A stretch of DNA of 64,000 nucleotides, taken from contig NC_043000.1 of the NCBI RefSeq assembly GCF_006345805.1, forward strand, positions 81,654,001 through 81,718,000. Reading direction: 5' to 3'. Below the pieces are notes generated by a model. It saw only the letters and a program-made list of their open reading frames with translations, was not told where the DNA came from and searched no databases. The stretch comes from Octopus sinensis. Taxonomy: Eukaryota. Within the stretch, counting starts at the first letter, position 1, and every line of letters begins with the position of its first letter. Shown here one piece after another: positions 1 to 13,384 of this stretch. The position numbers were made by a program, and so were the translations under genes.

Positions 1-590
<590 letters not shown>

Positions 591-1969
591 TCAGTGTGGA
601 GTGAAAATCAATACAATTCAAACAAAAATACCCTGCAGTATTTATATCCAACCGAGTGATATCTCCGCTTACGCAAATGTTGACTTCACATTTTGTATCA
701 TATAAGAAAGATGAAATTTGTACCAGATAAAGTACTGAGGTCGATATATTTGACTAAAACACATGAAGGCAGTGCCCAGCATGGCTGCAGTCCAATGACT
801 GAAATCAGTGAAAGAAGAATAAAAAAGAAAAGAAAAGAGAAAAAAGCCTTTTTAATTACAGTAAAAATTTTTTTCACAAATTACTTATTTTCTCAGTGAC
901 AATGTCGGTCATTATGCTGTAAATTGGGGATTTCATTAGAGAAAGAGACATTCTCAATAATTAGACACTAATTAATGAATGGCGTAAGTAATGTGAAGGT
1001 TGGAATTCAAAGAGGATGAATGTTCTTTAAGACAATTTACAGGTATCATGAGAAGGAATGGAAAAATTTTCCATTTCAAAATGCAAAACTGAATTTTCAT
1101 CACATTTCATCTTATGGAAGGAGAGAATAAAGAAAAAAAAAAAGGAAAAGAAAAAAGCTGGTACATTTTTTTTTGTTTTTTTTTTGTTTTGTTTTGAAAG
1201 CAGCATAAGAAATTTAAGAACAATAGTGATGTGGTTGTTGATGATAAATAATTTATGAGAAGATAGAAATCGTTTGCAAATTGTGACATAACAAACAGGA
1301 AAGAAGGAATCAAATGCTTGTTAAATTTCTAGAAACAAATCAATGAAGTTGACAGAATCTGCTACTACCCCTGACTTAATAAAGCAGTACACCCACTTGA
1401 AGCATTTAAAAAAAAAATATGATGAAATTATAGTTTCATTTATTTAACAATTATGGCGCCGCCTTCTTTTACTCAAGTTCATGTAACAACAACTCTTTTA
1501 AACTTCAACTAGTTGGAAGACTTGATTCCAAACTTTGAAACTAACATAAGTTCTTTTTGGAGGAGGAAGTATTATTTTTTAGTAATCTTATTACACACTC
1601 AACTTAGTGAAATTTTCAAGAGTTGTCTTGTTAACAATGTATTAAAATCAATAATAAAAAAAAGACAATGGTTTAGGTATTTGCCAACACTTTACAAACC
1701 CCAAAAGTGAGAATTTAGGGAGTAATAATGATGATGACAATGATGATGATGGTGATGTTTTCTGAGTTACAAAGCCATTTTTTGTTTTTGTGGAGTGTGA
1801 AGTATTGTCAATTAAAATAGGCTCCAGTAATTGACTGGTAATTATTTTATGGACTTTGATAACATTAAAAATTGAAATTAATCCACATAAGAACTGAACT
1901 CAGAACATAGAGCAATGAAGAATGGATTTTATCTGCTGTTTTACTGTTTCTGCAATCCACCCACTAATT

Positions 1970-3295
1970 TAGGTACAAGGCCAACAATTTTAAAGGGAAG
2001 GGAAGGGGGAGCCTAGCAGATACCCCTGACCCCAGAACTAAATTGGTATTTTATTTGATTAATCCTGGAGGGATGAAAAGCAAAGGAGACCTTGGTGGGA
2101 TTAGAACCCAGAATATAAAGAACCAGAACAAAATCTGCAGAGCATTCTGTTTGATGCTCTAACAATTCCACCATCTAGCTATAATAATAATATTAATAAT
2201 AAACCTTTCTACTTTAGGCACAAGGCCTAAATCTTTTTGTGGGGATAGATTAGTTGATTACATCAGCCCCAGTACTTGTCTGGTACTTATTTCATTGACC
2301 CTGAAAGGAGGAAAGGCAAAGTCAACCTCAGCAATATTTGAACACAGGAAGGTGGCGAGCTGGCAGAATCGTTAGCACACCAGGCAAAACACTCAGCAGC
2401 ATTTTGACCATCTTTGTTCTGAGTTCAAATTCCACCAAGGTCGACTTAGCCTTTCATCCCCTTCTGGGTTGATAAAATAAGTACCAGTTGAGCACTGGGG
2501 TCGATGTAAATAATTTACCCTCATTCCGAAATTGCTGGCCATGTGCCAAAATATGAAACCAATATTTGAACTCAGAACATTAAAGATAGATGAAATGCTG
2601 CTAAGCATTTTGTCTAGTAGGTTAACAATTCTGCCAGCTTGCCACCTTAAAAATAATAATAATAATAAGGGATTCAAATTTTGGCACAAAGCCAGCAGGC
2701 TTGGGGGAGGAGCTAAGTTGATTACATCAACTTCAGTGTTCAACTGATACTTATTTTATCAACCCTGAAAGGATGAATGCTAAAGTTGACTTAGGTAAAA
2801 TCTGAATTCCGAACAAAGATGGATGAAATACTTCTAAGCATTTTGTTTGGTGTACTAACAATTTTACCAGCTCACCACAATAATACTAATAAGGAAAATT
2901 GTTACAAATTATTGCACAAGACCAGTAATTTAATAGGTGGGTGAGTGTTAGTCCATTACCATTGACCTCAATATTTGGCTAGTACTTTATCATATTGCCC
3001 CCAACAGGATGAAAGGCAAAACTGACCTTGATACAATTAATCTCAGAATGTACACAACAAAATATAAGCAAGGCATTATGTCCAACACCAACGATTCTGC
3101 CAATTCACCACCCTAATAATAATCCTTTCTATTAAAGGCTAAAGGCCTGAAATTTTGGGGGCTGGGAGTTGTCGATTACATTGGTCCCGGTGCTTGACTG
3201 CTATTTTTATCAACCCTGAAAGTTAAAGTCACTCTTAGCAGAATTTTTGAACTCAGAAAGTAAAAATGGACAAAATGCTGCTAAGCACAACACCT
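1970..3295. mobile_element. Cluster of ~6 copies of a ~210-bp tRNA-derived SINE (family C), mostly minus strand, one nested plus copy
   Basis: Repeated module GGCGAGCTGGCAGAATCGTTAG...GAGTTCAAATTCC (A/B boxes)...GCCTTTCATCC...GATAAAATAAGTACCAG...GGCC(T/A)TGTGCC, copies separated by (AAT)n; clearest copy 2351-2564 (+). Confidence 0.85.
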
Positions 3296-3311
3296 TAGTA
3301 ATAATGATTAA

Positions 3312-3533
3312 CCCTTTCGCATTCAGATTATTGTATCAAGTGCAATATTTATTCATTCACCTATTTTAATTAATCCTGCATTACCTCATTGCTCTGAGAT
3401 TTCAAGGATGTGACTGTTTTTATCTTTTTTTAGAATCACATTGTAGGGTAGATGTGAGAGACCAGATATGGCCTATTTGAACACAAAACAAGCAGTATAT
3501 TTGGGCTGAATATGGTTGGTGTAAATGCTAGAG
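3312..3533. mobile_element. piggyBac-type MITE (~220 bp), copy 1
   Basis: TTAA at 3308-3311, left end CCCTTTCGCATTC, degenerate right end AATGCTAGAG then TTAA at 3534-3537; internally similar to 24679-24904 and 41261-41461 (opposite orientation). Confidence 0.75.
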
Positions 3534-3609
3534 TTAAGGAGTAATGGTAATATTCCTAAAAGAACTCCAATGGTATTTTAGTGTTATTGAAATAAACATT
3601 GTAATTGTT

Positions 3610-3975
3610 TCATATCAAAGCCTTGTAGTTTTGCATTAAAGCCATAATTTTATGTCAAAGCCCTATTAACAAATGAAGGTTTATGTTAAAGCCCTATCAT
3701 TTAACACAATCAGGTCAAAGCTCTGTTATTTAAAACATTTTAAAATTCAAGCCCTATAATTTTACTCATCTGTAGTTTCAGGACAATGCCCTATTTTTCA
3801 ACACATCAGTTAGTCAATAATTTAACATAATTGTTAGTTTAAGTTAAAACCTTGAAATTTAACACATCTGGGGGTTTAGACCAAAGCTCCACTGTTTAAC
3901 ATATCTTTAAGTTTAGATCACAGCACTATTAACACATCTGTAGTTTCATGGTAAAGATCTGTTGTCATTTTAACA
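3610..3975. repeat. Degenerate minisatellite, ~35-bp unit
   Basis: Recurrent AAAGCCCT(A/G)...TTAACACATCTGTAGTTT motifs at roughly regular spacing. Confidence 0.6.
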
Positions 3976-4159
3976 GTTTTAACAAAAGGAAAGTGATAGG
4001 TTTGTCATAACTGAATTCCATGGAATGAATAACAATGTTCAGTTGAGGTCTTGCTCATAACTTAATAATCAACAGTAACATGGTAACAATTAATAACTTC
4101 AAGTTAGTGTCATCAACACTAACAAACAGTTATTTATAAAGCAATTTATTATTAATAAT

Positions 4160-4700
4160 AATTGTTTCAAATTTTGCCACAAGGCCAACAATTTCAAGGA
4201 GAGCATACATAAATTACATAAACCCTAATGCTCAACTTGTACTTATTTTATCAACCCCAAAAGGATGAAAGGTAAAGTTGACCTTGACAGAATTTGAACT
4301 CAGAATGTGAAGATGAACAAAATGCCAGTAAGCATTTTTGACTGTCATGCTAACGACTCTGCCAGTTCAATAATGATAATAATAATAATTTCTAACAGAG
4401 ACACAAGGAAGAAACAACTCACTAATAGTAATAATAATAATAATAATAATCTTCTGAAATGTGAATGGAGGGGATTAGTTATTTAAAGTGCTTGACTGGT
4501 ACTATAATGAACTCTGGAAGAATGAAAGTTAGACAACAACCAGATTTAAACTCAGAATGGGAAGAACCAGAACTATACTGCATTTTTTTATTCTATTATA
4601 CCTTTTGGTAATTATCTCATAAAGGATGAAAAATAACATTGGTGTTGGTGAGATTTGAACTCAGAACATGACAGGTCAGAACTAAATATTACAAAGCATT
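4160..4700 (-). mobile_element. Further family-C SINE copies and fragments
   Basis: GGATGAAAGGTAAAGTTGACCTTG...GAATTTGAACTCAGAATG motif repeated at ~4260-4310, 4510-4560 and 4620-4670. Confidence 0.75.
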
Positions 4701-5374
4701 TCATCCAATTGTTATCAAAAGTAATCTTGTGTCTTGGTCAGAAATCCATATAACTAATTCTTCAATAGAAGGTTGTAACAGAAATATTTCTTAAACAAGA
4801 GTGTCTACAAATATAGACTCATTAACAAACATTAAGTGGGCAGGGGACAGTAACAGATTTACATGCAAGTTGATTTTAGGTGTTAAGAGTCAAGGACAAA
4901 ATGCCATGCAGTATTAAGTTCTGGCTTTCACAGTTCAAATCCCACTCAGGTTAACTTTGTCTCAGATAATTTAGGAGTCAATAAAATAAAGTCCCAGTTC
5001 AGAGCAGTGGACTGGGAAAACAGTCAGAACATATGATGAAATGCTTGTCCCAGGATTTTATCAATATAAATACTTAAGAGGGAAATCATATCCCTTCATC
5101 CAGTTTAACACCAGCACCTGATCTTTTAGTAAAGTTCACTGTTGTAAGTATTGAGATCAGATCTCTGGCTTCACTAAATTTTTCTCTCTAAAACACATCA
5201 ATGTCAGAGGCATAGAAAAATAAAGGGCCATGCCCTTTATTCTGTGACTAAATGGTAAAAAAATAAATCTGGTCAGAATATGTTTAATAATTTACCCATA
5301 ACAGAATAAGAACAATCATGTGCAGAATAAGGTATGTAAGTCATGTTTGGAAGGGTTGATCAATATAAGTTAAT

Positions 5375-5705
5375 ATCTAGGACCTCCTTTGGTCAAGAAT
5401 GACTATGGGATTGCACCTACAAAGTTTCCCTCTGAGGAACAAGTCTGGGCAAGGTTGTTTTGTGAAAGACCAGCAGTCACCCATGCATACAAGTCTTCCC
5501 TCTCCACACCACCAATGTTGTCCAAGGGAAAGGCCAATACATCTTAACAGCAGTGATGCTATAACTCATATCTACAGCCAAGAGAACTGGAGCATCATGA
5601 AATAAAGTGTCTTGCTCAAGAACACAACACAGCCTGGTTCAGAATTCAAACTTCCAACCACACACTTGTAAATCACAAACTCTAACCACTAAACTATGCA
5701 ACTTC
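5375..5705 (-). mobile_element. tRNA-derived SINE (family D)
   Basis: Minus strand reads GCATAGTTTAGTGGTTAGAG (A box)...GTTTGAATTC (B-box-like)...TTGAGCAAGACACTTTATTTCA; related copies at ~21170-21370 and ~57640-57800. Confidence 0.7.
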
Positions 5706-5745
5706 ACAATAAGTTAATATATAACAAGTTCCCAGGATCCCTGGT

Positions 5746-6063
5746 CTGGTGGTACGTAAAAAGCACTATCCGACTCGTGGCCGATGCCAGCACCGCCTCG
5801 ACTGGCTTCCGTGCCGGTGGCACATTAAATACACCAATCTGACCGTGGCCGTTGCCAGCCTCGCCTGGCACCTGTGCAGGTGGCACGTAAAAAGCACCCA
5901 CTATACTCACGGAGTGGTTGGCGTTAGGAAGGGCATCCAGCTGTAGAAACATTGCCAGATTAGACTGGAGCCTGGTGCAGCCTTCTGGCTCCCCAGAACC
6001 CCGGTCGAACCGTCCAACCCATGCTAGCATGGAGAACGGACGTTAAACGATGATGATGATGAT
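5746..6063 (+). mobile_element. SINE-like retroposon (family B) with internal ~60-bp tandem units and (GAT)n tail
   Basis: GGCACGTAAAAAGCACC units, then GGAGTGGTTGGCGTTAGGAAGGGCATCCAGCTGTAGAAAC...CCAACCCATGCTAGCATGGA...AAACGATGATGATG; related copies at 9756-10070, ~17440-17580, 39945-40205 and ~43905-44020 (-). Confidence 0.85.
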
Positions 6064-8607
6064 TAAGAATAAATTTCATACCTGATCTTAAATGGGATTT
6101 CTCTTTTTCTTATCTTTGAAATGTAGCACTTATTTTCTCAGTCTACATGTTAAATGCTGAGTTGAAATGACTACAGTAATAGGGAAAATTAGGTCCTAAT
6201 TTAAATTTGTAACAGGTAGAAAGAAGACTGGATATTCAATTCTGCAAGATCAATGCCTTATTCCTAGACATACTAAGTGTACATTCTACCCAATGAAAGA
6301 CTTCTCTTTTTAAGTTACTTTTTATGAGCATAATTCTAATTAAATACACTGCTTATGTGGAGGGGTTTAATATAATTTTGTCATTATTAAACATGCCCTA
6401 AAATTATAACATACAAAGTTGATTTAAACATATACACTTGAAAATGGATAGTTTTGCATTCTAAAATAGGGACAGTCTTGGGTGGGCTGCTATAAAAAAA
6501 TTTAACTATAAAAGTCAGTTCCAAGCACGAGTTTTCATGACCATTTTGTGTGCCATATAGCTAAGACATTATTTGGTAGCAAATAACCTGGTCCCAGGTT
6601 ATGTCAAACCTTATTGCTACATCTGCAGTTTGCAATGTAGGAGATAAAATATTCATTCGCTAAGCATTTTTTAAACAGACAGTAGTAATGAAATCAAATA
6701 TTAATTGAGATTTCTGTAAAGACAACTGTCAAAAGAAGGGGAAGTTACTCTGCACTGAGTAATATGGTGTATAACCAACATTACAGTACAATTTAAAGTT
6801 TGGGCTTTATACAAGAAATACTGATGGTAACGTGGACTTTGTAGGAGGCTTCAGAAAACACAAACAGTTCTGGCAGTGAAATACTAATTTTTTTTTTTTT
6901 TTTTTTTTACAATATTCAAATTCAAATGTTAATTCTTTAAATATTTTAAGAAATATATTTAAGACATGGTAGGAACCAAGTGAACACTGTGTATGAAACC
7001 TTTGATTGAATTGCTTTAGAGTAGAATGGTAACTAGTTGAGATTATAGCCCTTATTTCCCACAGAAATAACTTCAACCAGCCCTCTAAGAAGTCACCCCC
7101 ACCTTTGGAATACATTTCCTGCCCAGATTTTTCCTAGTCATCAACTCAAAGTTTCTTTAACAAGGATGTTAACAAATATCACCAGTCTTAGTGAGCTGGT
7201 GAAGGCCATATCATAGCCCTTACACAAGACTGAATCACCATACTCAACTATCAGTCTTAAAACAGTGTGACTATCACTATAGTGTCAGAAGTGTTAGGCT
7301 TTCAACAGCTGAGAGATATGTGGATTAAAACTATAAACTATGAATGATCCTTAAACAACTGCTTCCTTCAGACAAACTGGAAACTTACTTCATAATGGTA
7401 TTTTCCAACCTAATTATAAATTATTAAACACATCCATATATGAATTTATATAACACCTAGTTCTTTGGGGCCTCCATGTGGTTGTTTGAGCCACTAGAAA
7501 TAGCTAGCAAATTTTGCACAAATCACAACCACTGTCTTTAAAAAATAGCATTGATACATAAGACAATGTAGTCCAAAATGAACAGTGAATTGGTAGATAT
7601 TGGAGCAATGAAGAAAATGTTGGTCCTGTTGTGTTTGAGTTCAAATCTCAAGGTCAACTTTGCTTTTCATTCTTTGGGGTTGATAAAAGTATCAGTCCAG
7701 GGCAGTAGATAAGTGGAATAATTAGAGCTTGGAATGCTCTGTCGTATCTCCCTTTTCTATTCTGATGGCAATGCTTTCAATAACACTGGTACAAAGCAGA
7801 CTTGGTCCTTACTTTTCCTTCCAACAACATTTGTGATATGGAAAGGAAAGGCAGATGTTAATTTCCTATAAATATAATCTTACACAAGCCTTCATTTTGG
7901 AGAGGAACTCACTAGGTGAAGATCCAGTCTCAGGAGACAGAGACCCTAGAGACACAAAAAAAAAAAAAAATGTGGGAATGTTATGGCTAGAATACCCTTC
8001 ATAACTTTGCTTGATCAAGACTGACCAGGAGCTAAAGATGATAAAAGACAGAGTACAAATTTTGCTACACATATAATATCCCTTAACAAGTTATTTGTTG
8101 ATACAAATGTGTTTACATTTTTATGAAAGTCAAATGAACTGGTCAAATGCCTAACTCTGTTAATTATGAGGAGAAATCAGATCTTGAGTAAGATTCCACT
8201 CTATCATGTGAGATTTTCCCTACATAAAAAAAAGAAAGAAAGAAAGAAAGAAAAAAAACTATTGCTTATCTTCCCACCATAACAGCAAAGGGGAATTTGA
8301 AGAGTCCCATCAGAAAAGTGAATTGAAGCCCACAAAATTCCAGAATATCTAAAAAGCTTTTTTTTTTCTTAAAAAAAAAATGAATGAAAATACAACTGTG
8401 CTTCACATTTTAATTCAAATTGGCACATTAATAAACACTGAGCAATTTGCCTCTAGAAATAATATATGCATATGAACATACACAATAAAACATAACATAT
8501 ACAATACATGGTGCAGGGTGTGTTTTTGAACATTAGCAGGCATTGGCATGCTCCAAATTTTAACTCTCATTTTTCTCTCAAACAGAGCAACATGGTAGAC
8601 CTAAGAA

Positions 8608-9110
8608 ATGAAAAAGCAAGCTGTACTCGTAGCTGTAGCAGTCAATTAGTGACTCAGAAATTGTCAACTTCTTGAACATAACTTGGTCCTTTGTGTTTAA
8701 GGTCGTGTAAGAGCTGGAGGCTTCTATCAGAGAAATGTTATACGTGGCTAAAAGAAAAAATAAATTCTTAGCAGTCAGATAATATCAGGTCAGCCGAGGT
8801 TGTCCAGGAAATCCAGGACAACAACAGCTCCAGGAGGTTGAAAAGAGACATCAACCAAACAGCTCAAGGTAGCTTAGTCCACTGCCTATGTGCAGGACAC
8901 AGGGACATCAAGTACGACTCCTATACAATGGGGAATGATGCTTAATGACTGGCAAGCACCTGTGTGAACATGTGATCACAGTACATGACTTCCTAGTACT
9001 CTTGACTTGAATCACCTGTACTTCTTTCTGCATCTAGAATGTTGGAAAAATGCAACCACTGAATGGCAACCCAACAGTGCTAAGGAATTGTTAGAGACAG
9101 GTGGAATCTG
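8608..9110 (+). mobile_element. Decayed Tc1/mariner-superfamily (maT-like) transposase remnant
   Basis: Frameshifted translation MKKQAVLVAVA...EIVNFLNITWSFVFKVV*ELEAS...VAKRK...SDNIRSAEVVQEIQD...KYDSYTM resembles the N-terminal HTH region of maT-type transposases (from memory); has stops and frameshifts, no TIRs found. Confidence 0.5.
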
Positions 9111-9384
9111 ACAGCATGGTTAGTGCTGCAAGATCCTGGCATGTAGATGTTACCATAGATCTACTGGGACTAAGGGAAGTTTTGTTTGGTAGTTTGTTTC
9201 TAGTTGAATGTGTGTGACCTTTTTTTTTAAGAGTGCTGTTTTTTTGTTTGCTTAGTATCTTTGATTTCCTTGTGTATTGTGTTCTCAGATTCATAATGCA
9301 CACACACTTATACAGAATATAAAAAAATATGTAATATTATAAAAGTATCTCTTAATACAGAAACACACAGTATACATAATTACA

Positions 9385-9425
<41 letters not shown>

Positions 9426-9427
<2 letters not shown>

Positions 9428-9740
9428 AGAGTAAGTACATAAATACAAAACAAGGTGGAAAAAATAGTACTTGAATACCAGAGGTAGAGTAATATGCTTT
9501 ATTAAAAAGCAGCAAAAATATCACAAAAACTGTTACTCAGTTTCACATTCCTGTTCGTCAGACAGTTTTGTTTAGAGTGGAACAAAAATACGGTTATAAG
9601 CAAAGATATACAATTAGTTTAATAGATACACATTTCAAAATGGTTTTGTTTCATTGGTCCTTTCAACTAACGGTCTTTACAATGAACAAACTTTGGTATA
9701 AAATCATCTTATTATAAAATCAAAGAAAACCTTAAATCAT
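9426..9740 (-). mobile_element. Penelope-like terminal-repeat fragment, left arm of an inverted pair
   Basis: Reverse complement of 10081-10330 over ~245 bp; contains a hammerhead motif; outer end abuts (TA)n at 9389-9425. PLE assignment is inferred from the hammerhead and the inverted arrangement. Confidence 0.65.
9524..9570 (-). ncRNA. Minimal type I hammerhead ribozyme motif with intact core
   Basis: Minus strand: CAAAACUGU CUGACGA ACA-GGAA-UGU GAAA C-UGA-G UA / ACAGUUUUUG. 8-bp helix I (AAAACUGU/ACAGUUUU), canonical CUGANGA and GAAA, helix II closed by a GNRA loop, tiny helix III, GUA cleavage triplet (cut between 9534 and 9533). Confidence 0.8.
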
Positions 9741-9755
9741 TTGATTTTGATTTAA

Positions 9756-10070
9756 TGGCACGTAAAAGCACCATCCGTTCGTGTCCGTTGCCAGCATCGC
9801 CTGGCCCCGTGCCGGTGACACGTAAAAGCACCATCCGTTCGTGGCCGTTCGCCAGCTCTGTCTGGCACCTGTGCAGGTGGCACGTAAAAAACACCCACTA
9901 CACTCGCGGAGTGGTTGGCGTTAGAAAGGGCATCCAGCCGTAGAAACACTGCCAGATCTGACTGGGTCTGACGAAGCCTTCCAGCTTCACAGACCCCAGT
10001 TGACCCGTCCAACCCATGCTAGCATGGAAAGCGGACGCTAAACGATGATGATGATGATGATGATGATGAT
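9756..10070 (+). mobile_element. Family-B SINE between the two inverted arms
   Basis: Three ~62-bp GGCACGTAAAAGCACC units, conserved 3' body and (GAT)n tail at ~10044-10070. Confidence 0.85.
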
Positions 10071-10080
10071 AAGCTATTTT

Positions 10081-10330
10081 TGACTTAAGGTATTCTTCGA
10101 TTTTATACTGAAATTTGTTCATTGCATGCAACCAGTCATTGTAAAGATCGTTAGTTGAAAGGACCAATGAAACAAAACCATTTTCAAATGTGTATCTATT
10201 AAACTAACTGTATATGTTTGCTTATAACCTTATTTTTGTTTCATTCTAAACAAAACTGTCCAACGAACAGGAAAGTGAAGCAGCTCTGAGTAACAGTTTT
10301 TGTGATATTTTTTGCTGCTTTTTAATAAAG
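10081..10330 (+). mobile_element. Penelope-like terminal-repeat fragment, right arm; degenerate hammerhead at 10251-10302
   Basis: CAAAACTGT CCAACGA ACAGGAAAGT GAAG CAGCTCTGAGTA ACAGTTTTTG: helix I intact, core mutated; ends in (TA)n from 10331. Confidence 0.65.
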
Positions 10331-13300
10331 TATATATATATGTATGTATATATATATATCTATATATATATAATAACAAAATAATAAATAAAACATATGC
10401 ATTGTTATTATATGATCGAACGCCACACATCCACTTCCAAGTAAGTTTTATTTATATATATATATATATATAATATATATATATATATACATACATGCAA
10501 TATACATATGGTATATAAATTATGTAACTTCCAGTAGATGAAGTGTAAACTATTAATGGAAATAGTGTAGTGTAGTATGTATGAGTGTGTTCATAAGATA
10601 CAATATGGCAAAACAAAAATGGCATGATAAAACTGTACACAGTAGGATGGTAATAAGACAGACCTGACAGATATACAATCCAAACAAGCAGACAGACATA
10701 CACACAAGATGGATAGACAAACCAGACTTAGATTGCATAGACAAACTGACACAAATAGACAGATAGACCAAACATAAAGCAGTTAGACAGGTACACATAG
10801 ACCAGACAGACCAACACAAATAAAGCGGATAGACCATCAGGCAAAACACAAAGACCTGGAGGTGGCAGCAGCAGTAAATCTACACAAACTCAATATATTT
10901 GCAATAATGTACAACTTTATTTCGAGGCCTTAAAAACCTGCCAACAGATTTTTTTTGTTTTTGCTTATATTTTTTATATATTTTTTGGTTGGTTTTGTTG
11001 TTTATTTTTTTCTTTCTTTTTTCATGTTGTTCTGAAGTAAATAAATAAGGGAGTGAGGGAAAAGGATGTGAGGGAGACATATATATATATATATATATAT
11101 ATAATAATTAATAAAATGAAGAATGGGAAAACAATTAAGAGATGATCGGCTGGTGAAGAGAGAGAAAGAGAGAGAGAGATGGAGTGAGGAGTCTGTGAGA
11201 GAGAGAGAGAGAGAGAAAATAAGTGTAATGGTGGACTTTGCTGGAAAAGAGGTCCAGACACAAGGAATGTGTTTTTAATTTTTTTAATCATTATCATCAT
11301 TATTATTATTGTCTTTTATATATATCTTAATATTTTTTCACTTGTTTTCAATTCCAAAGAAGTTAAGACTTATTGGAAAAAAATAATGGTTTTGGTCAAT
11401 GATTTTTTTAAAGGGGTAGTCAGAGGAAGTGGGTGGGGACTTGCTTATGTTTTCTTGATTCAGAATTTGACAGTAAAATGTGTTCTTTTAATAGATAAAT
11501 TGAATCTTTGCTGAGAAAGGGAGCCGTCTAGTTGGAGATGATAATATGGATGCATGTGTATGGGTATTTCACTTCTTCAATTTTATTTAATTTATTTTTC
11601 AAACCGCACCTCTTCCACACACAGATGCAAACAAATAAAAAAAAAGTCCCTAGAATATAATTAAATGTTGAGTTTACGAAGAACCATGCCCTACTGAGTT
11701 TAGTGAGCAGGTGTGGCCCTCACCCATCTATGAGCAGAAAGGAGAGTGTGTTGGAAACATTTAGTGAGAAGGGGGAGATCAAGAGATTCACAGGGAGGAA
11801 CATTGGTGATAATGATGGTGGTGTTTAAAGTATGTTATTTAGAGCAAGAGAGAGAGTAAGAGGGAAGAGTGAAAAAGTATTTATGTGAAAAAGAACGAGT
11901 ACAGAAAGTAAGGTGAAGAAGAACAAAATGAGAGGAAGGAGTTTAAGCAGATGAGACATGTAGAAATTTCTTTAAAATGTTTTTTGCATCCCAAGATCAT
12001 CCCCCAAGAACTTATTATGACGAGTTGGAAAATAAGAAATGTTGATCCCAGATGCAATAAGAAGGACAAGTCTGCAAGGCATGTATTTATCACACACACA
12101 TAAATATATATGTAAAACAATTTCTAGAGAAATGATGCACCTGGAGAAGAGATTGGGATGAAACAACAGGCAAGCAAGCAGAACAAGAGAATTTCATCCA
12201 AAATACTAAGGAAAAAATGGGGGAGAGAGGAGAGAGGGACAAAGAATAGACAAGAGGGTGATCAGAGAAATGCTAGCACAATTATGTCGTTAGTAGAAAT
12301 AAAGATCTGGTTGTTTTTTTCTTCATAAAATGAAATTTCAGTCAATTCAAAATTTACTTTCCAGATCCGAGCTTATAAAAATATTTTTTTTGGTATATCA
12401 ATTTATTTTATATCACAATTGTCATTGGTCACAAGTTTCCAATGGGCAATTACTGGCTCACTGCATTGCTAACGAGAATAACAAGGGTGTGTCTGTAACT
12501 TAGGGCAGAATATATATCACAAAGGACTTCATTTGAAGAGTATCAACTTTATTTCTTTCCCAAGACTACATACTTGCTGACAAATAATCAGTATATACAC
12601 ACACACAAGGATTCTGCACAGTTTCCATTTGCAAAATTCCACTCACAAGAGATTGAGCACAAGGCAGAAGACACTCAAACTGTTATCCAGTGAGATCGAA
12701 CAAAGAACCACATGGCAGTAAAATGGACTTCTTAACTATACAGCCATACCTGCACCCATTTGAAATTTCAAATTTCTTGACAATCCCAAGGAAAAGACAA
12801 AACCCAGAAAATGTCCAGTATTGTACTTTAATTGATATGACAGCAAAGCTATCACGTATCCATTGAAGCTTCATTGAAAGATACTATCGTTCATGGAATG
12901 GGTTCCCCACAACGTTTTTAATCTCTAAGTAAATTCTACTCTATGAGGACCAGCTATCAGAGATATTTAGTAACCCACTTACTCAAGAACAACAGCAGGC
13001 CAGATAAATATTGGGTATGTCCCACATCTACATGAATCCACATTTGCTCTACATCAACCACCAAAGTGTCCCACTTCTACCTAGCCATTGTTTAGCTACA
13101 TTCATCATGCACAATATCTACTCCACACCAGTGTTTTAATGTTTTCAAGTTTCGGTTCTTTATTTTTGCTTTCCTTTCAAAGATGTAAAGTAATTTATGG
13201 AAGATTTTGCTGCTATTTCCATTTTCCATTTTGCTGCTATTTCTAACACGGCATGTTAGAGTATACAGAGAGAAGGATGTTGTAATTAAAGAACTTGATC

Positions 13301-13384
13301 TGTTAATCTCCAATTGTTGGTCAACTTGATGCTGAAGGTCAGTGTGATGAAAACTGACTAAGACTACATGAATGACCAAACCCC

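Noticed and set aside
5704-6030. ORFs in family-B repeats (also 9712-10012 and 39850-40188)
   Set aside because: They lie wholly inside a multi-copy SINE-like repeat and the frames are not preserved between copies.
9757-9900. CRISPR-like repeated ~17-nt motif GGCACGTAAAAGCACC
   Set aside because: The spacers are homologous to each other, the context is a eukaryotic SINE, and there are no cas genes.
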